A stretch of DNA of 64,000 nt, from contig NW_026929666.1 in the NCBI RefSeq assembly GCF_032062105.1, positions 248,001 through 312,000 of the forward strand, written 5' to 3'. The notes under the pieces were generated by a model that worked only from the letters and a program-made list of their open reading frames with translations, was not told the origin of the DNA and did no database searches. A program made the position numbers and the translations under genes. The stretch is from Saccostrea cucullata (Eukaryota). The first letter of the stretch is position 1. Each line of letters begins with the position of its first letter. Shown piece after piece: positions 49,990 to 62,950 of the stretch.

Positions 49990-51840
49990 TTAAATGATAG
50001 TGAATTTCCACATACGAGTCACAGAGACTGGATAATAATCTGCCTTCGTGAATTCGTGAATCATCATCGTGAAATTAAAGCCAGCAACTTTAACCCCATC
50101 GGCGGCCATGTTGCCCTCGTTAAAAATTGCATAAGAATTCTCCTCAGATGCAAATGTATAATCGGCGGAAGTAGAGACGTAGTTAAAATACTTTCTGCCA
50201 GCTTCAACATACAATCCAGAAACTTCCTTAGTCTTTCCATTGTTATTCATCGATATGTCAAAATATCCCGTATTAAGAACGCCAGTCTCTTGTCCGCATT
50301 CATGAACAGCAGCTGTATACCGGATGGTGTCTTGATCTGGTTTTGATTTATCTACCTCAATCTTGCAGCTGGATTCCATAAATTCGGTCTGAGTTCTATT
50401 CTGTAGACCAAATTTCTCCTCTAGTACTAATGTATGACTAGGGAATAAGAATTGTGTGTATGTTTCTGACGCCGATGCAGAATTAATGGAGAACCAACAA
50501 GTTCCGCCATAAACTTGTAATCGCAGGATTACTTCAAACTCCGAAAAGGTTCCTGAATCATACACTGAAAAAGAATCATACAGTTTTAAAATTCGGGAGG
50601 GAAATGCCTCCCTTTGATAGGCTTTTCTTATTTAGGTCTATGATTACACTGAGAAAATTTGCATCAACTGACATTAAACTGCAAAAGTATCTATTGTTAT
50701 TCATCTATTTAATTAAATTAAGATCAAAAATGTATTTTTTTCTGCAGAAAAGATCCAAATTACTACATTGTGTGTAGCACGCATCGAAATTTTTAAAGAT
50801 GAGGGGAAAATGCAATTGCCCACATTTTTCGAATATGCCTTGTAAAATTTATGCATTTTATATGGATATGCATTAAATAAAATACGGAGAAATGTACAAG
50901 CTAGTGAAGTCACACTTAACATGAAAGGTCTTACGAAATATGTACTACTAGGATTTAGAACAACAAGGAAAGCATGAATTACAATTTCCCACAGTTTGTG
51001 CTTTCACATCTTTTCTTAAAAAATAAATAGGGTTATTGAAACCGCTTCTACTTTATCGACATACTAATGTAAATTTCAAGACAAATACAAAGTATTAAAT
51101 CTAAAACAACAAAAAATATACCTAACAACGGGTGCAAAGATTATACAATACCTTTTGCAAACTTCAACAACTGTAAATCGTCTTCACACATGTCATAAAC
51201 GGGACCATACATAGAATCAGAGGGGCCACGAAATCGTCCGGAGAATGTGGAAAACTGCTGAGCCTGGTCAATTGAAACGTTCATATTTAGAGCTTGTATC
51301 TTCATCTTTCCTAGGGCTCTTAGCGTCTGGACAGTCTGAAAAGAAATACATCAAAAACAAAAACAAAAACTTTTTACATGTACTTCACTGTCTTTGATTT
51401 GCGATTTGCTTATACGACAGAAAAGTAAAGTTTACAATATATCGTGCTAGATGATTATGACAGCCAAAACAAAAGTTGATAAAATAGTTATAATGGATTA
51501 CAAATGTGCAACATGTTTTATAAAAGTTGTACAAACTGCTCATGTCATTCGAAAGCAAGTTGAAAGGTTCAGGGTGAGGAGATCGGCAGGTTTAAGGTTC
51601 TTGAAAAGAAATTTATTTCTAAAATTTAGTTTGTTGTTACGAAATCCTTGTCGTGGAGTTATTTAAATAAAAAGCTTTTTTACCAGAAATCTTACTATCA
51701 GTTTGAATTACAGCTCTTGTGGAAAAGCTCGGTTAGATTTGTAAAAGTTTTAAAAGAAAAAAAAACAATTAACTTACACCATGACTGCTTCCAAATTGTA
51801 TCACTGCAACATAAATAGCTACCATGATGGCAAGAGACAT
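49990..51840 (-). CDS. Secreted protein of unknown family, 3 exons, 273 aa
   Basis: Exons 51778-51840 (MSLAIMVAIYVAVIQFGSSHG, signal-peptide-like, GTAAGT donor), 51152-51335 (TVQTLRALGK...LLKFAK) and 49990-50564 (VYDSGTF...WKFTII*). All introns are GT-AG with matching phases; total 822 nt. TATATAA on - near 51931-51937. Confidence 0.8.
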
Positions 51841-53290
51841 GTTGGTCTTACTTAGATCCTAAAAATCTTCAGAGACAGCGCGTTGATAGAAAATGAAAGT
51901 TTCATTTGCTCCGAGCTAGTGAACTGAATGTTATATACAGGAATATACACATAATTGAGATAACACTGATAAGGTCAGACTCATCTTATAACCATCTGTT
52001 TGACAATTTGTTTTTAAAATTACTAAAATGTCATGTCATTGTGCCATATGGCAAAGCCATTAGAAGGTATTTCTAGAGTGACTGTGAGCTTGTAAAAAAA
52101 ATTACACAACACGTCTTTCTACATATTAAAATAAATGTATAGATCTATTATCCAATTTTTAAAATTGATTTCGACATCCTTTTTATATAAATTACAGTAC
52201 AGGAAAAATATGTATACATGAATATGTTATGTGTATTGAATGATCTTTTTAAAGTGTATCATTAAATTTCCAGAACAAAATGAGTTAATCATAAATTCAA
52301 TCGAACAATTCTGGCTTTCGAATTATTGCTGATTTAAAAAAGTTCATGCACATTTATCTGGAAAAATTTACTTCAACAAAATATGATTGATTAAAGTGTG
52401 TGCACTGAAAAAAGGTCTTATAATTTGAAGTACCCAGGGTCAGGTAGCACAAACATTTTTTTGCAAAATATACATAAGAACAATTTATTACTTTAGATTT
52501 TACTGATTGATGTCATTTTTTGCTTAAATTCATACTTTATTTTAAACACCGTTTCAAGTAGATAAACCTATAACTCTATCATAACCTTTTAATAAACTTT
52601 GAACTTTTCATTTTACGCATATAAAGTAATTAATGACTTATAAAACTGAAATAAAATAAACATTTTATCTGTAATTTCAGCCATATATACGGTTAATCTA
52701 TTAACCTATTGAAATCAGATGGGTCAAAAGTTCGGAGTAGAAATACGACTCATTAATTCAACTTGTTAATTAGAATTATCTGTTAAAGCTAAAATGTAAT
52801 TTTTGCTTAGAATCTCCGTATTATACTGAATAGCGAAATTACTAAATATTGAAATAATACCTTAACATTAGTGTTTTACCCGGATGAGAGAATTATTGAA
52901 GAATTCACAATTGTTGTCTAAAATACACACAACTACATGAATATACAGGTATCAAATTCATCAAATGATGCTTAAGAGATGATGTGGCAAATGAATAAAT
53001 ACATTAGTATTCTATATGATTAGTTTGCAGTCTGACTAATGCTGTAAACTTTCTATTTAAATTAAAAGGTTTTAAAAAAGAGGTTCTTTATAAAAGAAAG
53101 CAGTTTTGGATTTTCAATATACATTTGCCTACTAGCTTGAAATGAAAAAAAATTTAAGAAAATGGCCCAAAAGTGATCCCAAGGTGAAATTGAATTTCAA
53201 AACTTTGTATATCTGCACCCCATTATCAAATATTTTCCACAAGACGGTTTGCCTACCGCATACAGAGTAATATTTAACATAATGTTTAAA

Positions 53291-53303
53291 ATTGATTGAT
53301 TGC

Positions 53304-53356
<53 letters not shown>

Positions 53357-53400
53357 GTTTTACATCTCATTCGAGAAATTTTCACTTATTTAGAGATGTG
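53291..53400 (-). repeat. (TTGA)n microsatellite forming the tail of a SINE 3' fragment
   Basis: About 15 TTGA units followed by ttgttttacatctcattcgagaaattttcacttatttagaga, matching the SINE 3' end. Confidence 0.75.
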
Positions 53401-54525
53401 GGGTCATGCTAATAATTTTATATTTTCCTCATCAAACTTCTTTTGAAATATGATGGCTGGTGACTCTTTATGAATTTTCTATTTCATCCTAGGGATATTC
53501 CAGAGTCAATTCTAAGGCCAAATGCGGGACATATTTTTTTTTTCAAGACTTAACCCTTACCTTCAAAACTCTTTTTAAACAGAAATTATGCTTCAATATT
53601 TTCATTTCCATTTGTTGTCTCTGTGATAACTCTTTCAATTGAAAGTTAGAGGATTTGTTTTCTTGATCATATTTTCGGCATGTACATTTCGCCAAGCGAT
53701 ACGTCAGAAGCTAAGGAGGCCTAATGTGCATGTAAATCATACGTCTGTCTTTATGTCTGACGGTAGGGAGGTCTAATATAAGTGTTAATCTCGTGCGGCT
53801 GTCCTTGCGTTTGACGACAGTGGGCTGTGACTATTGAAACTGACATGGGGGCCTTGTATTATTTTAAATTTATTAGAATAAATTTTTAAAATCTAAATTA
53901 ACTATTTTATTTCATAATGAAATACAAATAAAAGGAATCACTGTCTAGTTAGTAGAGCAGACGAGGGACATCAACGATAGTTGGAAACGTGGGATAATTT
54001 ATGCATAACGAGTTTTGCCCGTTTTGCAAACTATTTTTATGCCCTGGCATACTCCACAAAATAGACAGGGGTTCCTTTATTATTTAAACTATCAAGCTGA
54101 ATCTGATGAAATACAAAGATAGGAGGCCTGGAAGGTCGCCCACAAGCTCACATGAAAATCAATACTCATATGCAAATTTGTGTGAATTCTGGAAACCAAC
54201 ATTACTTACTTAATATTCAGTTGTTTCAATAGAATGGACTACTTCATGTCCTTGAAAAACATTATTAGTAACTGATCATGAACTGTTTTCACAATTTTAA
54301 TCAGTCATGTTTGGGAAAAATTCAGGAAACAGGTATTTGATTTGTTCATGCGTGTTGTTGCTTTAAAAAAAATCAAAATTTAGCAGATTTAAAGAAATTT
54401 CTATAATAGAATAAAATACTAGTACAAGGATATACTGTGCTTCTTTTAGATTAGGATCGCATTTGTAATGATTTAAAAAACGTCAATGACAATAATTTAT
54501 TACAATTAATAAACAACAATATAGT

Positions 54526-56485
54526 TTAGTTATACATTCCATTTACTAAATAGTCTATACGAGAGTAATGTCGGCGCTGCCAGGATTCGAACAATTTTTT
54601 GCCAAAAATCACCACTATAGCAATAATAAAAAACATTCCAAAACACAACAATGCTATCAATCCCCCTAACACTGCAGAGGACGGTCCTGTTTGATTTGTT
54701 TTGTTCTCAAGACCACCACTGGTAGAATTTTTGTCTTCATCTGAAACATCAAGAGGTAACTCAATAGAATCCTGTTCCAGAACTTTTTTTAATTGTCTAT
54801 GGCATTTGGTTTTTAAATGTATTTATATACAATGTATACTAAAATATTAAAAAAACACATTGAAACAATAGTTTTTGATAAAATAAAATTTTAAAAAATT
54901 CTCACCCTGTGCCACCGTTTTAAGTTCCATTGTATCGTTTACATTCGGATTACTTGTTTCTAAAGAAGAATTTTTTTGATCTAATTTTCGGTTATTTGTC
55001 AACATCGGTGATATTGTCGTCATCGTCGTCGTCGTTGTTGTTGTTTTTGTGACGTTTATATTCGCTGCTTTTGTAGTGATAACAGATGATATGTGTTGTT
55101 GTGAAGTAGATACATGTACAGATTTGGAAGATGAGGAAGGTGATGATGTGGTTGTTGTTGTTGTTGATGATGATGAAGTCGACGACAACGACGATGAATT
55201 CAAAGGAACAAATGACTGTGTTGATATTGGTGGACGTTTAATTTGTGGAATTGTTGAATTTACTAAGGAATCATTGACTTGAAGTCCGGGTAGTGTTATG
55301 TTGAGAAGTTGACTTATTTCCTTGTTTGTCAATTCCTCACTCGTTACATTGTTTCTATCAAGTTCCATATTCTCGGTTACATTATTTGAGCTGCTTAAAG
55401 TGTTATTATTCATTACAGATACAGATGCTGTTGTAGATGGACCTTGCAAAATTACAGATGTTGCATTCTGATCAGCAAAAGATTTTGCCTCTGACACGGA
55501 AGCTTTGACAGTTGTTGTCTTGGGCTTTGCACTAATTGTTGTCGCGTTTGTTGTTGTCTCTAAAACTGATGCCGGCGATACTTTTGATTTTGTTGTATTT
55601 GGAGGGGGTGGAGCTGGCGTTGTAGCTGTTCGTGTTGTTGTTGTTGTTGGGGGTTTAGTTGGAGTTTTAGTTATAAACGGAGAAACATCACTTAATAATG
55701 GCGCATTTGTCGGTGTCACTGATCCCAGAGCTAACTGTGTGGTGCTTTTAACGGTTGTTGAATTCTTTGGTGTAGTCCGTGTCGTGAGAATGGATCCAGA
55801 ACTTGTTAGTTTTCCTGGTGTGCTGGTAGACGGTGTTCCCTCTTTCACTGGAGTATCATGTTTTTTATCGACTACATACGTCACCATGCCGTCTTTATTT
55901 TCAAAAATACACTCGAGATCTTGCGAACAATCGAGAAGGAAGCAGTTTTCCTTGGATTGGTTTTCTTTAGTGTCATAAATCACCACAGAACATTTTTCTG
56001 AGGGAAAATAATTCCATTTTACTTTGAATTATAATTCAATTAGACAATACTTTTATGAATTACATGTAGTAACAGTATAATTAAGATTTCTGAATTTCTG
56101 TAAGAATATAAACGATTAATGAAAAGAGTTCATTTTCTGCAATAAATAAGAATTCCTCAAAAAAATTCATTCCTGGAGAAAGTAATAAAAAAGACATTAT
56201 TTACAAGTATTTCTATTTTTACCTTTTTTAAAATAATCTCTCTATTTCGTTTTTTGTCTAATTTATCTTTTTATCTAAATCACCTGACTGACAACAAGCT
56301 TGCTGACATTCCTCTTTGTTGCTGACTTGGGCCTCTGACAAATATCTTGCATCATGGTCATTCTTCAGATTGTTAACGTTCACCCACTGATTGTCCAAAG
56401 TGTCTATGACGTCACAGTGGTCTGCAAGCACTGAATGGGCCGTGAGGAGAAGCAATGTAGCTGTTATGACACTTCTAAGTGCCAT
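54526..56485 (-). CDS. MANSC1: MANSC/MANEC-domain, mucin-stalk, single-pass membrane protein (MANSC1-like), 3 coding exons, 502 aa
   Basis: Exons 56284-56485, 54906-55997 and 54526-54740 join in frame. Signal peptide, Cys domain (HC...ECQQACCQSEKCSVVIY...NCFLLDC...EC), ~330-aa Thr/Ser/Pro stalk, TM LIALLCFGMFFIIAIVVIFG. The tail RRHYSRIDYLVNGMYN matches the YS/T-x-x-DYLING signature of vertebrate MANSC1/C11orf24 as I recall it. The symbol denotes the homologous family, not proven orthology. Confidence 0.85.
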
Positions 56486-57835
56486 ATTTGAAATGTTGTT
56501 GACATTCGAATAGTATCAATTCCTAGTCCATCGAAGTACACTATGAAATAAATAAAAAATATCAAATGCTGCGTTCACTTTTGATTTCGTTTTCTTTCAA
56601 GAACATGGCAAGCGGTAAAAATGTGCGCAAGATTTACTGCTTATTAAACAAAGGCGACAGAGAGGTAAGGACGGCACATACACAGTTTAGTATGCAGATA
56701 ATTTTTATTTTATTCAATAAAAGCATATGTGTCATGGGCAGATTTGATGGATGTTTATTTTGTCTCCCGACAAAATCAAGGGCAATAAAAGAATCTGTAT
56801 AAAGGGACTGTAGATTCGAGCCAGCTGTTGCAAGGTATGCATAGAAAATCAATTATTTGTGCAAAATACTTATGATATGAAAGACACCATTGTACGATAA
56901 AGAAAATATTGTGAAATCGGATTGCTTTGCAAGGAATTTACCTTTTATATTATTATCTTTTACTTAAGTACTAATTGCGTGCGATAGTTGAAATTATATA
57001 TATGTAAGATGTGAAAATAATATTGATTATAGAGCCAACGTAGCGATATGTAGCCCTATAGCCTTATCTATTTACATATAGATTGTAATGGTGATACTCC
57101 TCTTCCTTCGACTTAAACACCAAAAACTTTCATCTGAGTAGGATTATGCTAATTTTGCTAAGATTAAAACGATCATCTAGAGGAGCGGCGGTGCGGACTA
57201 ACAACAAAGTATTGCTGTATTACGCTGAACCCCTCTTCCCTCACTAATTCGTGAATTTCATAAAATTCATTTTTAAAAAGTCGTTTCTTTTTATCTGAAA
57301 AGAAGATTTATATTTTTAAATCGTTTTTTAGATACTAGTAATAGGAAGTTTAAAGGGGAAAAAACTGTAAAATACTTACCTTCATCATATCGTCTTTCTT
57401 CTTCCAAATATGCATGGGGTTATTGACTAAAACTTGTAACGAGACACGATCAACATATGTATCTGTAATGCACCATCGAACATCGATGCCCCAGCTGTTA
57501 CCGAGGCTAAATAAAAGGCTGGAGACAGTCATATCCCTGTACATCAAGATGTTATTTCTATTCAATGCACAAAGCTTTTTAAAGTAGTGGAAAAGGACAT
57601 AAATGAGTCACAAACGCTTATTTTTCTTTCGTAACATTCAAAATTAATAGGTGCAGTACATTTAGGCCCGTATATATTTCTGGAAGGGTAAAATAAAAAA
57701 ATCATTTTTAAAACGTTCATCATTCATGGTCGACGTTTTAAATACATGTAAGGGGGCAAACATCAAGTTTATATCAGTTGTGAATAAGCATGAAAGCATC
57801 CTCCTTTCGCAGAATAATTTTTTTTTGGCTGTTGC

Positions 57836-58015
57836 TATTTAGCTCACCTGATTTTTCAGCTTATATGTGCTTTTTTATCTCCCAATGTCCATCGTCCCTC
57901 CGTCTGTAACCTTTTCACATCTTCAACTTCCTCTCAAAAAATCAAGAACCACAGGGCAGACAATCAGTTTGAATGTGACTGTGCTGCACTGCAAGTTGAA
58001 TTCGATGAATTTGTT
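57836..58015 (-). mobile_element. Helentron/HINE terminal fragment
   Basis: tttagctcacctga is the reverse complement of the 59830-59845 terminus, followed by cgtcc.tccgtctgtaa microsatellite-like block. Confidence 0.6.
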
Positions 58016-58427
58016 TAAATGTATCCAAATATCATATTTTACGTCGAGACATTTCTAAGAAACAAAAATATCATTAAAAATAATATTTACAATAAATTAT
58101 CTCCAACGGAGTAAGAGAGGTTTCTGGGTAGCTTGGTAATTCTGTGATGCGAAACAGAAGTGACTTAACTTAATTTTCATTGTGATCAATGTTGCCCTGA
58201 TTTCTAGATAAATTTTAGTTATTCACGTTTCCTGAAAATATATTTCAGATTTCCCTAAATTGGCATAATATTATTAACTGTGGGGATGAACATTACTTTA
58301 AGGAAATGGCAAGTACATACATACACGTTACTTATAATGAAATCGGTTGCATCTTTTAAAACTTATTTGCTTTTCAAAAATAAAGGAATGGACATTTTGA
58401 AGAAGACATATTCAATTTAAAAAAAAA

Positions 58428-58842
58428 AGAGAGGTACTGTGAGCAATGAGCCCACTAAATGATAACCCTGCCTCCCATTATATGATTATAATGACAAATG
58501 GCATTATGTAATAATGGAACTGTGAATATATTATTAAATTTTATTCAGTGGTATAGGAGGAGTTGCGGATAACAGATGAGGAGCCTTCTATTAAAAAAAA
58601 TGGAAGTGTCAATGTTTTGCTTTGGAAAACCCAAAATATGTGTCCGATTAAAAAGTAAAATAGGAGGTCACACTGGCACTATATGACAAAGATTCTGTAA
58701 AAGTCTCATAAAATTTCATTCAGTTATAAAAGAGGAGTTGCGGATAAGAGATAGGCACCCAAAAGCGTAACAGAAGACAATTTTTAAACCAGATTTCCCT
58801 CTTGTTATATACCCTCCCGCTTTGCAATGGGGGGATAAAAAA
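58428..58842 (+). mobile_element. Helentron-like non-autonomous element (second family)
   Basis: Internal repeat aggagttgcggataa at ~58558 and ~58733; terminal hairpin tataccctccc..ttgcaa.ggggggata. Confidence 0.5.
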
Positions 58843-58978
58843 CACAATTAAAGTTGTATCAAAATCATATATTTACTTACTGTTTTGAGTAAAAGATTCT
58901 GCATTTATTACGAGTTCATTGTAAATATGTTGTGAAATCTATCTTGCAATTTTAGCAGCAATGTATAGCCCAGTGGAT

Positions 58979-59110
58979 NNNNNNNNNNNNNNNNNNNNNN
59001 NNNNNNNNNNNNNNNNNNNNNNNNNNNNNNNNNNNNNNNNNNNNNNNNNNNNNNNNNNNNNNNNNNNNNNNNNNNNNNNNNNNNNNNNNNNNNNNNNNNN
59101 NNNNNNNNNN
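58979..59110. other. Assembly gap (132 N)
   Basis: Run of N adjoining a tandem-repeat-bearing element. Confidence 0.99.
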
Positions 59111-59812
59111 AACAAGCCTGCCCCTGGTATATAAGTATGAACCCAGTGGTTCTTGAGAGGAAGTCTTTTAGAATTTTCCTATATGTTACTATGTAAAAGT
59201 TGGACTCCCTATTGTGGCCTTGCCCTTCCATAATTTTAAAGAATTCACATTCAAAGTCGATCAGCAAAGTCATTTAAAAGGCCATTCAGGGAAAAAAATC
59301 GTATATATTTGTAATAAAATTAGATTTTATTGTAAAATTAATACCCCAGAGGTTCATTTTTATCAGAATCTACACTACTACATTTACAGATGCTTGAGAG
59401 GAATATTTTAAATTTTTTTCTGATATATTCAAACGTAAAATGTGGATTCCCTATTGTGGGCCCGCCCTACCCCAGGGGTCATGATTTTACCAATTTCAAA
59501 TTTACCCTACCCTAGAATGCTTCCACAGAAGTTTCACCTTTCTTGGTCCACTGGTTCTTGAGAAGACTTTTGAATGACTTTACCCTATTTTTGTCTTTAC
59601 CTGATTATCTTGCCTTGTAAGGGGATTTTACCATTCATTTTAATAATTTAAAATCCCCTTCACCCAAGGATGCTTTGTACCAAGTTTCAATTGGTTAAAA
59701 TTGGCCCAGTGGTTCTTGAAAAATAAAACTGAAAAAAAATTACAGAGGATGGACGGGCATACAGACGAACAGCTATATGGACAGATGACGAACATCGGAT
59801 GATCAGAAAATA

Positions 59813-59845
<33 letters not shown>
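59111..59845 (+). mobile_element. Helentron/HINE element with satellite-like tandem repeats (Cg170-like)
   Basis: Repeated cca.tggttcttgaga and gga.tccctattgtgg; ggacggg/agacga block; terminal hairpin tcacttgagctttcagctcaggtgagctaaaaa. Confidence 0.8.
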
Positions 59846-60517
59846 TTCATAATTGCATGATGCTTTTAATTATTCACGTTTAGAAAACGAGTTTCAGAAT
59901 TGATATTTTCCCCAACATTGACATGATTTACTGCAAATTGGGCAAATACATACACTCACCTACCTAATGAAATCGATTACATTTTTTTTAACTGAATTGC
60001 TTTTCAAGAGTAAAGGGGTGGACTTTCTATGTAGATATTTTTAATTCAAGCAGGTATATAATTCAAGTTATACAAAAATTATCTATTTATTTTGTGTAGT
60101 ATACTTCTGCATTATGTGTGCATTGTAAAATATGTTATCAAAAGTACCCTGTTATATTATCAGCAATGTATACGATGTTCTGTGTACTCATTGTACTGCA
60201 CGTGCATACTTCAGTGTCAGTATTTAAAATTGATCTATCTATCACACCTGGCTTCTCGTCCTAACCTTCCAAAAGTCAGTCAGCAAAGTCATTTATAGAT
60301 CATTAAAAATACACAATCACAAATCAACTTAAACATTTTATTATTATTTTTAAGAGAAAATAATTTATTTTCATGTGCATTTGCTAAGAGAAAAAATATT
60401 TAACATACGATGAATAAAAATACATTGTACAAGTCAGCACTCTTAAAAATTACAATGTGTACAGTAACACATTTAACTTATTTTCTTTTAATGTTTAACA
60501 TAAAGTATCTTTTATAG

Positions 60518-62253
60518 ATGGCATTATCCAAAATGGACATTCCTCCTAGAGCCCAACACTTTTTAGAGTGTGACATTGAAGAATGTGAAAGAAACTGTGA
60601 GTTTTATTGCAACAATTGCCATTTAAGACTTTGCAAACAATGCAAAGGTAATCATCTGAAAAGTCCAAAAAAGAAAAACCATGAAGTGGTCCTGTACCAG
60701 CAACGCAAAAGACAACTTCCTGTGGAGAAATGTGAGATCCACCCCACTAAAGATGTGGACATGCTCTGTGAAGAATGCCAAGTTGCAGTATGTTCTAAAT
60801 GTGCCACACAGGCAGACCATCGAGGGACATGTATTTACTGATTTGGAAACTGTTTATGCAGAAAAATATAAAGTTTTTCAAGAAGATATTACCAAAATCC
60901 ATGAGTACTTTCTCCCTACATCAGAAAATTTGAAAAAAGAAATAAAAAAAGATTCATCAGAAATCAAACACCTTATGGACAACATCAGAACATCAATGAA
61001 GACTGAAGGTGAGACCCTGAAAAGTCTGGTGGACACAGTCATATCTGATAACCTGAAGCAGCTAGACCAGATAGAGCATTCACTGTTAGAAGATCTTGAA
61101 TCCCAAGACAGGACCATGGATGATTACATCACTTATCTTAATAACCTTGTTAAAGAGCTTCAAAGATGCCTGTCCCTACAGAACCAATGAAATCAATGTC
61201 TGAGAAGAAACCAAAGATCCAACCCATACCAGAGACAACAAAACCAGTCATACCAAGATTTATTTCTGCTCAATACAGCAAAAGTGATGTCGCCAAACTA
61301 CTTGGTAAAATAGACCTTCCACAAACTAAAGGAGAGAAGAGAGAAATTACATGTGAGACCATGGAAAGTGTTTACAACCCAGCAGTGAAACCTACACATA
61401 AACAGATGAAAGAAAACAGAAAGAAATCTGACGGGAATCAAACTTTGTCTCTGTCTGCCTCTGTCACCAAGGTCAGGGAGTTCAATGTACCAGGTGTTGA
61501 TCATGTATTCCATGTATCACTAGATCAATCAGACAGACTCTGGATCAGTGACATAATTGATGATCTTGTCCAAACAGATCTACAGGGGAATGTGATACAG
61601 AAGATAAAAACCAGTGGCAAAGATGAAGGTTACCACACAGTGACAGAGGAAGGAAATCTGATCTTTACAGACAAAAACAAGAAAGGCATCAATTGGATAA
61701 CACAGGATAACAATATCACTGAATTCATTAAAACTGGAGACTGGTCACCACTCAGCATACACTCCTCCCACATCAACGGGGACTTACTGGTGGGGATGGT
61801 GAAGGATAAAGAGGGTAAAGTCACCAGGTACAACAAGACAGGAAAAGAACTACAGAACATACAGAGGGATAACAAAGGACAGGAACTGTATAATGGACCA
61901 CACTATATCACAGAAAACATCAATGGAGATATCTGTTCATCAGATGTTGGTAAAAAAGCAGTAGTGGTGGTAAATAAATCAGGACAATACAGGTTCTCCT
62001 ACACAGGTCAGAAGTCAGATTTTCTACCCTTTGGAATTTGCACTGATGTCCTCGGTCACATCCTTGTGTGTGATGGATACTATGAAAATAACACAGTTCA
62101 TCTCCTTGATCAGGATGGTCAGTTCTTGTCTCTATTACTCACAAAACAACAAGGGGTAGAGTATCCCCGTAGTGTGTGTGTGTTGATGATGAGAACAATC
62201 TCTATGTGAGACAAGTCTCCGACACACTGGCAGTTTACAAGTATCTCCAGTGA
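60518..62253 (+). pseudogene. B-box/coiled-coil/NHL (TRIM-like, RING-less) gene with three frameshifts (pseudogene or consensus errors)
   Basis: Two B-boxes (CDIEEC...FYCNNCHLRLCKQCKGNH; CEIH...LCEECQVAVCSKC...H.GH), a coiled coil and an NHL-type propeller ([32 protein letters not shown]). Frame breaks near 60826 (+1 G), 61177 (-1 C) and 62178 (+GT). The repaired frame ends ...LAVYKYLQ* at 62253. Confidence 0.85.
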
Positions 62254-62614
62254 TTCTTATTTTGTCATAAACATACATCATGTGTTAAGTATTTCTGACT
62301 TCTATAAAACACATATTGGCTGTGTTAAAATAAAGAAAATTATTCTTTTTCTTTCCTGATAACACTTACTGCATGTATATTATCCCTAAAGTAATACAAA
62401 TTCTAACTATCTGTTGGATTCTGTATCTGTTTATACTTTACAGCTTTATAAATTAAAAGTAAATTTTATTGTTTTTTCTTATTTACAAATTTATTTGTAT
62501 ATGAAATTTAAAGGTACATATATGCTGTACTGTACTTTTAAAGTAAATGTAAATCATTTAGTTTTGTTATCATTTCAAAAGTAATTTTAAGACAAAAGTA
62601 ATTTAAAGTTCATG

Positions 62615-62950
62615 AACATGGCCCCTAGTTGGGTTATGTCAGATCTGATTTGATTAGATTGCAAGAACAGCAAATCCATGTTTTGACATATTGCTGCTAT
62701 GAAAGCATCCTCAGTTAGTGTAGATTCAAGTTTGAACAAATCATTGAAGTTTTAATTGGAACATATTGGAAAAAATCATTCTCTGAAGAACAGAAAAGCT
62801 ATGTTGTAAGTCATATTGATATGGAAGCATCTTCAAATGTTTGTTCAAAAGATGACCTCTAGGTTAAGGAGCTCAATGGGGATAGCCAAAAAACAAAACT
62901 AGGTCAACCCTTCTTTACATGAAAAATCTTTTCAATACTGACAAAGAACT
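62615..62950 (-). repeat. Degenerate satellite-like repeats of Helentron type
   Basis: gaaagcatcctcag.tagtgtagattcaagtttg..caaatcat and ggaagcatcttc....gtttgttcaaa resemble the reverse complement of the 59111-59845 repeat unit. Confidence 0.45.

Noticed and set aside
56388-56399. 12-nt match to the 5' end of miR-219 (TGATTGTCCAAA)
   Set aside because: Lies in a coding exon with no hairpin; a 12-mer match to some miRNA is expected by chance in 64 kb.
58908-59273. 121-aa ORF
   Set aside because: Spans the N gap and repeat sequence.
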